Shown in pieces: positions 59,403 to 64,000 of a stretch of DNA of 64,000 nt. The notes beneath the pieces were generated by a model. It ran no database searches. It was given only the letters and a program-made list of their open reading frames with translations, and was not told the origin of the DNA. Within the stretch, counting starts at the first letter, position 1; every line of letters begins with the position of its first letter. Made by a program: the position numbers and the translations under genes. Source of the stretch: Candidatus Sericytochromatia bacterium (GTDB lineage: Bacteria; Cyanobacteriota; Sericytochromatia; S15B-MN24; JAQBPE01). The DNA lies in assembly GCA_035285125.1 (NCBI GenBank), contig JAYKHR010000155.1:49323-113322 (forward strand). Direction: 5' to 3'.

Positions 59403-61325
59403 TTATCCCGCCACCGGTCGACCAGGTCGAGGCGTGGCAGCCACCGCCTCTGCCAGGCCGGGAAACCTGGCGAGAATTCGGTCCGTCAGCCGGTAGTTTT
59501 GCAGCATCGTGCCGGTCATGGCTGCGGCGTGCACCCGGTACTCCGCCAGCACGCGGGGCACGAGGACCCCGTGCCAGCCACGCTCCGCGAACGCCAGCCA
59601 AAGCGCCCAGTCCTCCATCCCGCCGAACTCCGCGTCCATGTCCGGCCTGTATCCCCCCACGGCGGCCCAGGCGTCACGACGCACGAGGGCCATCGCATCG
59701 ATCACGTTGTGCCGGATGAGCTGGGGCAGCCGCCACGGGTAGGCACTGACCAGGCCCGGGGCGCCCGTGCCGAAGCGGCGCAACACCCCGTAGGCAAAGG
59801 CGGCCTCCGGCGCGCCGTGCAGGGCCTCGACCAGGGCGGCGAGGGCCTCGGGCACCACGCGGTTGTCGGCGTCGAGCACGAACACCAGCGGCGCGCGAGC
59901 CGCCGCGAAGCCGGTGTTGCGCGCGGCCGCAAGCCCCCGGTTCGAGCGGTGCGTGAGGACCCGCAGCGGCTGGTCGGGCCGGGCAGCCAGGCGGGCAGCC
60001 AGCCGGGCGGCCGTGTCGTCCCGCGAGGCGTCGTCGACCACGATCACCTCCGGGCGCACGCCGCGGGAGGCAAACACCGAGTCGAGGGCCTCGTCCAGCA
60101 CCGCCCCGTAGTTGTAGGCCGTCACCACCACGGAGACGTCCGGCGCGTGGGCCGCAACGGCGAGGCTGTCCGCGCCTGTCACCGGCTCCGCGGCGCCGTG
60201 CGTCAGCTGCACCGCCAGCGCGTCGAGCCGCCGGCCGAGGCTGCGCTCCGTGAGCTGCTGCCGCCGGTACAGCGTGTCCCACTCCAGCCGCGACTCGTAG
60301 AGCAGGGAGTCCAGGTGGGCCTTGCTCGCGGGGAGCAGGGCTCGGCTGAGGTGCCGCTCCGCCCAGGCGCGGGCACGGGCCCACCCTTGATCGAGGCCGG
60401 CGCGGGCCTCCAGCCTGGCCCGCGCCGCCAGCAGGCGCGGCCCCGGGAGGCCGGGCCGCACCGCGCCGAGGAGCTCGACCAACCGCTCGGCAACCGTGCC
60501 CCGGGCCTGCAGCGCCGCCCGGGCGCTCGCGGCGATCGCCTCGCAGCGCGACGGGTCCGCCAGCAGGGCCTCGATGGTCGCCGCCAGCTGGGCCGGCTCC
60601 GCCAGCACCGCGTGCTCGCCAGGCACCTCGCAGCCGCGCTCCGCCACCACCACCGCCCCCGCGTGCGCGGCTGCGGCCCAGCGGAGCCAGCTGGCCGACG
60701 GCGTGTCGTCGGGCGCCAGGTCCAGCACCACACGGGTGCGGGCCAAGTAAGCCGCGCGCGCCTCCCCCCAGACGTGCCCGGCCTGCTCACGCACGAGGGG
60801 CTCGTGGGCGTCCCGCGCGAGGATCTCCAGACGGCGCCCGGGCAGCGCCTCTGACAGGGCTGCCAGCAAGCGCTCACGGCGCGGTGTGAGCGTGCCGAAA
60901 AAGACGACGTCGACGGGGCGCGGCCCCGGCGGCTCCGGCGGGGCCAGCCCGGGGTCCCACGCCGTGGGCAGGCAGGCAGCCCGCACCCCCTTTCGCTCCA
61001 GGGCCCTGCCGGCCTCGGGCGACAGCACCAGCGCGCCCCGGCCCATCGCCGCGGCCTCGGCGTCCAGCGCGAAGCCTGGCTCGCCGGGGGGGGTGGTGAC
61101 GAGGTGCACCCGGCCCCGCGCGGCCCGGAGCACGGCCCCGCGGCCCTGCTCCGCGCGCAGGGCTTCATAGGCCCGGTGGGGGGCCACGACGAGTTCCACA
61201 ACCCCACGGCCCGCTGCGCCGTCAGGGGCCTCCAGGCCGAGGTCCGCCAGCCCACGCCGCAGCCGGTCGGCCAGCTCCAGCAGGTGGGCCTCGGCGGTGG
61301 ATGCGACGACGACACGGACGTTCAT
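59403..61325 (-). CDS. Two-domain glycosyltransferase (GT-B/CgeB-like plus GT2)
   Basis: DVVFFGTLTPRRE; VSVVVTAYN, VDDAS, NRGLAAARN, LDADN, EDWALW. Confidence 0.88.
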   Translation of the reverse strand: MNVRVVVASTAEAHLLELADRLRRGLADLGLEAPDGAAGRGVVELVVAPHRAYEALRAEQGRGAVLRAARGRVHLVTTPPGEPGFALDAEAAAMGRGALVLSPEAGRALERKGVRAACLPTAWDPGLAPPEPPGPRPVDVVFFGTLTPRRERLLAALSEALPGRRLEILARDAHEPLVREQAGHVWGEARAAYLARTRVVLDLAPDDTPSASWLRWAAAAHAGAVVVAERGCEVPGEHAVLAEPAQLAATIEALLADPSRCEAIAASARAALQARGTVAERLVELLGAVRPGLPGPRLLAARARLEARAGLDQGWARARAWAERHLSRALLPASKAHLDSLLYESRLEWDTLYRRQQLTERSLGRRLDALAVQLTHGAAEPVTGADSLAVAAHAPDVSVVVTAYNYGAVLDEALDSVFASRGVRPEVIVVDDASRDDTAARLAARLAARPDQPLRVLTHRSNRGLAAARNTGFAAARAPLVFVLDADNRVVPEALAALVEALHGAPEAAFAYGVLRRFGTGAPGLVSAYPWRLPQLIRHNVIDAMALVRRDAWAAVGGYRPDMDAEFGGMEDWALWLAFAERGWHGVLVPRVLAEYRVHAAAMTGTMLQNYRLTDRILARFPGLAEAVAATPRPGRPVAG

Positions 61326-61493
61326 GGCGGCCCATTATACAGGCGGCCTCGCCCAGGGGGGCAGCGGTTGGGAGGCCAACGGCCCCCGAGGCTCAGCCGT
61401 GCGCCCCGCTGGCCTTGCAGCCCGCGCCCTCAAGGGCGCACTCACGGGTGGGCTGTCCGGCCAAGGCCGCGGCCCGTCAGCCAAGGCGGTCGG

Positions 61494-61521
61494 TTTTCAC
61501 GATAATAGGTATTATCACACC
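61494..61521. other. dif-like/tyrosine-recombinase-like palindrome
   Basis: TTTCACGATAA-TAGGTA-TTATCACACCC (11-6-11 with ATAA/TTAT core). Confidence 0.4.
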
Positions 61522-61567
61522 CCGCGCAGCACCACAACGAAGGCATGCGGGTTTCCAGCCCCTTGAG

Positions 61568-61660
61568 CAAGATAACACGAGAACACCGAAGCCTGGGCGC
61601 CGCAGATATCAAGATAACGGATCCACGATCAATGAAAGCGTCTGGCAGCCGCAAGATAAC
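61568..61660 (+). repeat. Three phased CAAGATAAC copies at a 42-bp period
   Basis: Exact 9-mers at 61568, 61610 and 61652 with unrelated 33-bp spacers. Confidence 0.8.
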
Positions 61661-61757
61661 GCGGCAAGACAGGAGAGGCCCCAACCAATCACCCTGCCGG
61701 CCGCCAGACTCTCTCCGCAGCTGGTCCCGGTGTTGCATAACGCGCGGGCCCGCCCTC

Positions 61758-61789
61758 AAAAAAGGCCCCGTCGCTTCCGCGACAGGGCC
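61758..61789 (-). terminator. Rho-independent terminator
   Basis: GGCCCTGTCGC/GCGACGGGGCC stem plus T6 on the minus strand. Confidence 0.85.
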
Positions 61790-61805
61790 AGCAGGCTGGG
61801 CCGAA

Positions 61806-62513
61806 TCAGACGGCGAACGAGCTGTACTCGCGAACCTTCCAGCGACCATCCTCGATGATGAGGGCAACGGGCCGGGGCCGGATCTTGCCGACAGGGAAGG
61901 TGAAGATGTAGTACTTGGCCTCCTTGGTGTAGGTGGACGAGTCCCACTCACCCTTCTGCGCCGCCGCGTAGTCGTCGTCGATGATGACGCCCTCGATACC
62001 CTTGTCCAGGTCGGCCAGGTCGGCCTCGCCGTTCTTGAGGTGGACCAGCATTCGTGCGGGGTTCTTGTCGATGGTGCTCCAGTAGATGTTGCGCGACTGC
62101 GTGAAGTCGTAGCCGGAGAGAGACTCGGGGTTCATCCGAAGGTCCATCTTGTAGGTGAGGTACGACATCATCGCCTTGGCCAGCTTGGGGTCCTTGGCGT
62201 AGTAGCAGAACGCCCAGACGAACAGGCGCGCGGTCATCCGGCTGTCGTCCTTGGCCTCATCCGCCTTCGCCACGAACTTGTCGTACAGCACACGAGCCGC
62301 CGAGGGCGCGGCGGCGGGCTCATTTGCGGCCGGCTTCGCGGCCGTGTCCCCAGCAGGCTTCGCGGCCGTGTCGGCTGCGCCCGCTGGCGTCGCCGCGTTG
62401 GAGCGGCCATCGGCGGCGGCCGCCGCCACGGCCTTGATGGCCTCGGGCGAGCAGCCAGCCAGCGTGGCGGCGAGCAGCGAACAAGCCAGCGAGAGGTGCA
62501 AGAACTTGCGCAA
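61806..62513 (-). CDS. Hypothetical lipoprotein
   Basis: GAGGAG RBS, TTG start, lipobox LAGC, DTAAKPA repeats, globular C-terminal domain. Confidence 0.8.
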   Translation of the reverse strand: MRKFLHLSLACSLLAATLAGCSPEAIKAVAAAAADGRSNAATPAGAADTAAKPAGDTAAKPAANEPAAAPSAARVLYDKFVAKADEAKDDSRMTARLFVWAFCYYAKDPKLAKAMMSYLTYKMDLRMNPESLSGYDFTQSRNIYWSTIDKNPARMLVHLKNGEADLADLDKGIEGVIIDDDYAAAQKGEWDSSTYTKEAKYYIFTFPVGKIRPRPVALIIEDGRWKVREYSSFAV

Positions 62514-62639
62514 AACAAACTCCTCGTCAGGTGGTGAGACATCCGCGCGACGGACCGCACGCTTGCCGGACGTCATTGGTATGGCTCGGTCCGCTGGACA
62601 TCATATCAGAACCAGGCGGGGAACCGGGCCGAGGCAGCG

Positions 62640-63245
62640 TCAGCGCCGCTGGATGTCGTTGGCCGAGTATTGCCCGGCCGCCTCCACCCGCACGACCACG
62701 GCCTCCATCGCCTCCTTGGCGCCGCGCGTGCGGGCACAGGCGATGCTCTCCTCGATGGGGCACGTGAAGCCCACGAACAGGCGCGTTGGAGCGCCCTTGG
62801 CCCGCGGGCGGAAGGGGCGCACGACGTGCAGGCACTCGGGGTTGGCACAGGCCACCTCGACGGCCATCAGGTGCTCGGCCTCGGCCAGGCTCGCGACCCG
62901 GGCCTCGAGGCGCCGCCGGGTGCCGCCGCGCACCAACCTGTCGCCCTCGTAGGCGTTGACGTAGAGGCACGGCAGGATCAGCGTCTCGAAGTCGGGGTGC
63001 TCCGTCAGCGTCCGCGCGACGGGGCGCGAGCCGATGAGGGTCTCGAGGCGCCGCTGCTGCTGGCCGAGGAAGGCCGTCAACGCCTCCCAGCCGGAGCGCC
63101 CCACCAGCTGGCCCTCCCGTTCGAGGCGCACGCCCTCAGGGCCCACGCGGAGGTCGAAGCGGTGGCCGTCGTGGAAGACCACCATCGCTCCCTCTCCCAG
63201 CCGTTCCAGGCCGGCGAACTGAACCAGGGGGCGGCTCACATCCAT
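62640..63245 (-). CDS. Hypothetical protein with C-terminal 4-Cys motif
   Basis: AAGGAG RBS; CANPEC...TCPIEESIAC. Confidence 0.72.
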   Translation of the reverse strand: MDVSRPLVQFAGLERLGEGAMVVFHDGHRFDLRVGPEGVRLEREGQLVGRSGWEALTAFLGQQQRRLETLIGSRPVARTLTEHPDFETLILPCLYVNAYEGDRLVRGGTRRRLEARVASLAEAEHLMAVEVACANPECLHVVRPFRPRAKGAPTRLFVGFTCPIEESIACARTRGAKEAMEAVVVRVEAAGQYSANDIQRR

Positions 63246-63471
63246 CGAGAGGCTCCTTTCCGAGGCCCCGTGCCAGCCAGGGGGCACGCGGTCGGTCCCC
63301 ACTATACCCCGGGCCGTTCCACGGGTCGATCCCCCGTGAGGCGGGGGGCTCCCTGAGGAATATGAATCATGGCGCGGACCTCGACGGAGGCTTGTCGTGG
63401 CGTCGGATGTGAACCCCCTGCGGCCAGGTGGCAGCCCTCTTCCCCCCCGGGGGACGGAGGGGGCCAGCGAG

Positions 63472-64000
63472 ATGCAGGACCAGCGACGCGGAAACGGCCG
63501 AGGGGGGCGCCGGCGCCACGCGCCAGAGGAGGCGCCGGAGGACGAAACCGAGGTCGACGCGGTCCTCGACGCCGACACCTTCGCGGGCAAGCGGGCCTCG
63601 TCGCGGCTCGACCACATTTTCTCCGAGCAACTCCCCTGGGAGCGAGACGAGGCGGGCGCAGCGCCGTCCAGCGAGGCATTGATCCAGCGCCTCAAGGTGC
63701 CGGAGGCGCCGAAGCCGAAGGGCCCCGCACCCCGGGCCGTGCTCGGCAACCCGCTCGCCCGCCGCGTCGACGCTGGCTTCGATGCGTCGGAGGCCGTGCT
63801 CCGGACGTGGCAGGCCCAGGCCGAACTGCGGCAGCACGCGCCAGGTGCCCAGGCCCCCTCTCCCACCGACCAACCCGCGGCCCCGGACGAGACCGAGCTG
63901 TCCCGCATCCTGCGCCAGGAGACTCCCCCGGCCCCGGGCCGCCCGTCGAGAACTGCGCCCCCGCTGCCGCCCCCCCCCGCGGGACGGGCGACCGGACAGC
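63472..64000 (+). CDS. 5' part of a Pro/Glu-rich protein truncated by the window edge
   Basis: GGAGG RBS, ATG at 63472, frame open to the end (MQDQRRGNGRGG...DETEVDAVLDAD...). Confidence 0.65.
   Translation, partial: MQDQRRGNGRGGRRRHAPEEAPEDETEVDAVLDADTFAGKRASSRLDHIFSEQLPWERDEAGAAPSSEALIQRLKVPEAPKPKGPAPRAVLGNPLARRVDAGFDASEAVLRTWQAQAELRQHAPGAQAPSPTDQPAAPDETELSRILRQETPPAPGRPSRTAPPLPPPPAGRATGQ

Noticed and set aside
61568..61693. CRISPR array
   Set aside because: The repeat is only 9 bp with three copies and no cas genes are present; kept as phased repeats
61301..61951. ORFs spanning the 61.3-61.8 kb gap
   Set aside because: Atypical composition, overlap a terminator and promoter, and no RBS
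63320..63455. Possible structured ncRNA (6S-like)
   Set aside because: GC hairpins only; no recognisable family consensus

Overview
High-GC (about 70% by eye) bacterial chromosomal window, densely coding and mostly housekeeping or envelope genes. These include tldD/pmbA, tatD-metG, murI, a TolB-like lipoprotein, a 5'-nucleotidase, a DEAD-type helicase, an OpgC protein, an S8 protease, a TPR/beta-barrel/TonB operon, phnDCE, a tRNA nucleotidyltransferase, an isolated flhB/escU, an SLH-porin, thiolase-accD-accA-pfkA, ETF-QO, GH1, GHL10, a Dam-family methylase, a class II photolyase, an M48 protease and a GT2. Two tRNAs are present (Gly-CCC and initiator Met). The SLH-porin, short-loop nucleotidyltransferase and many Pro/Thr-rich lipoproteins suggest a diderm Terrabacteria lineage, possibly a non-photosynthetic relative of Cyanobacteria such as Sericytochromatia (inference only). 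Features the ORF track misses or that look novel: (1) a membrane-anchored thioredoxin-like selenoprotein (UPAC, in-frame UGA plus SECIS-like hairpin) between the two tRNAs; (2) a RelA/SpoT-type synthetase domain fused to a toxin/effector-like N-terminus; (3) an intergenic locus with a dif-like ATAA-N6-TTAT palindrome followed by three CAAGATAAC copies at an exact 42-bp period; (4) recurring TTAA-N7-TTAA promoter boxes; (5) several probably leaderless genes; (6) a degenerate ADP-ribosylglycohydrolase with a Cys-rich N-terminus. No CRISPR array, rRNA or transposase was seen.
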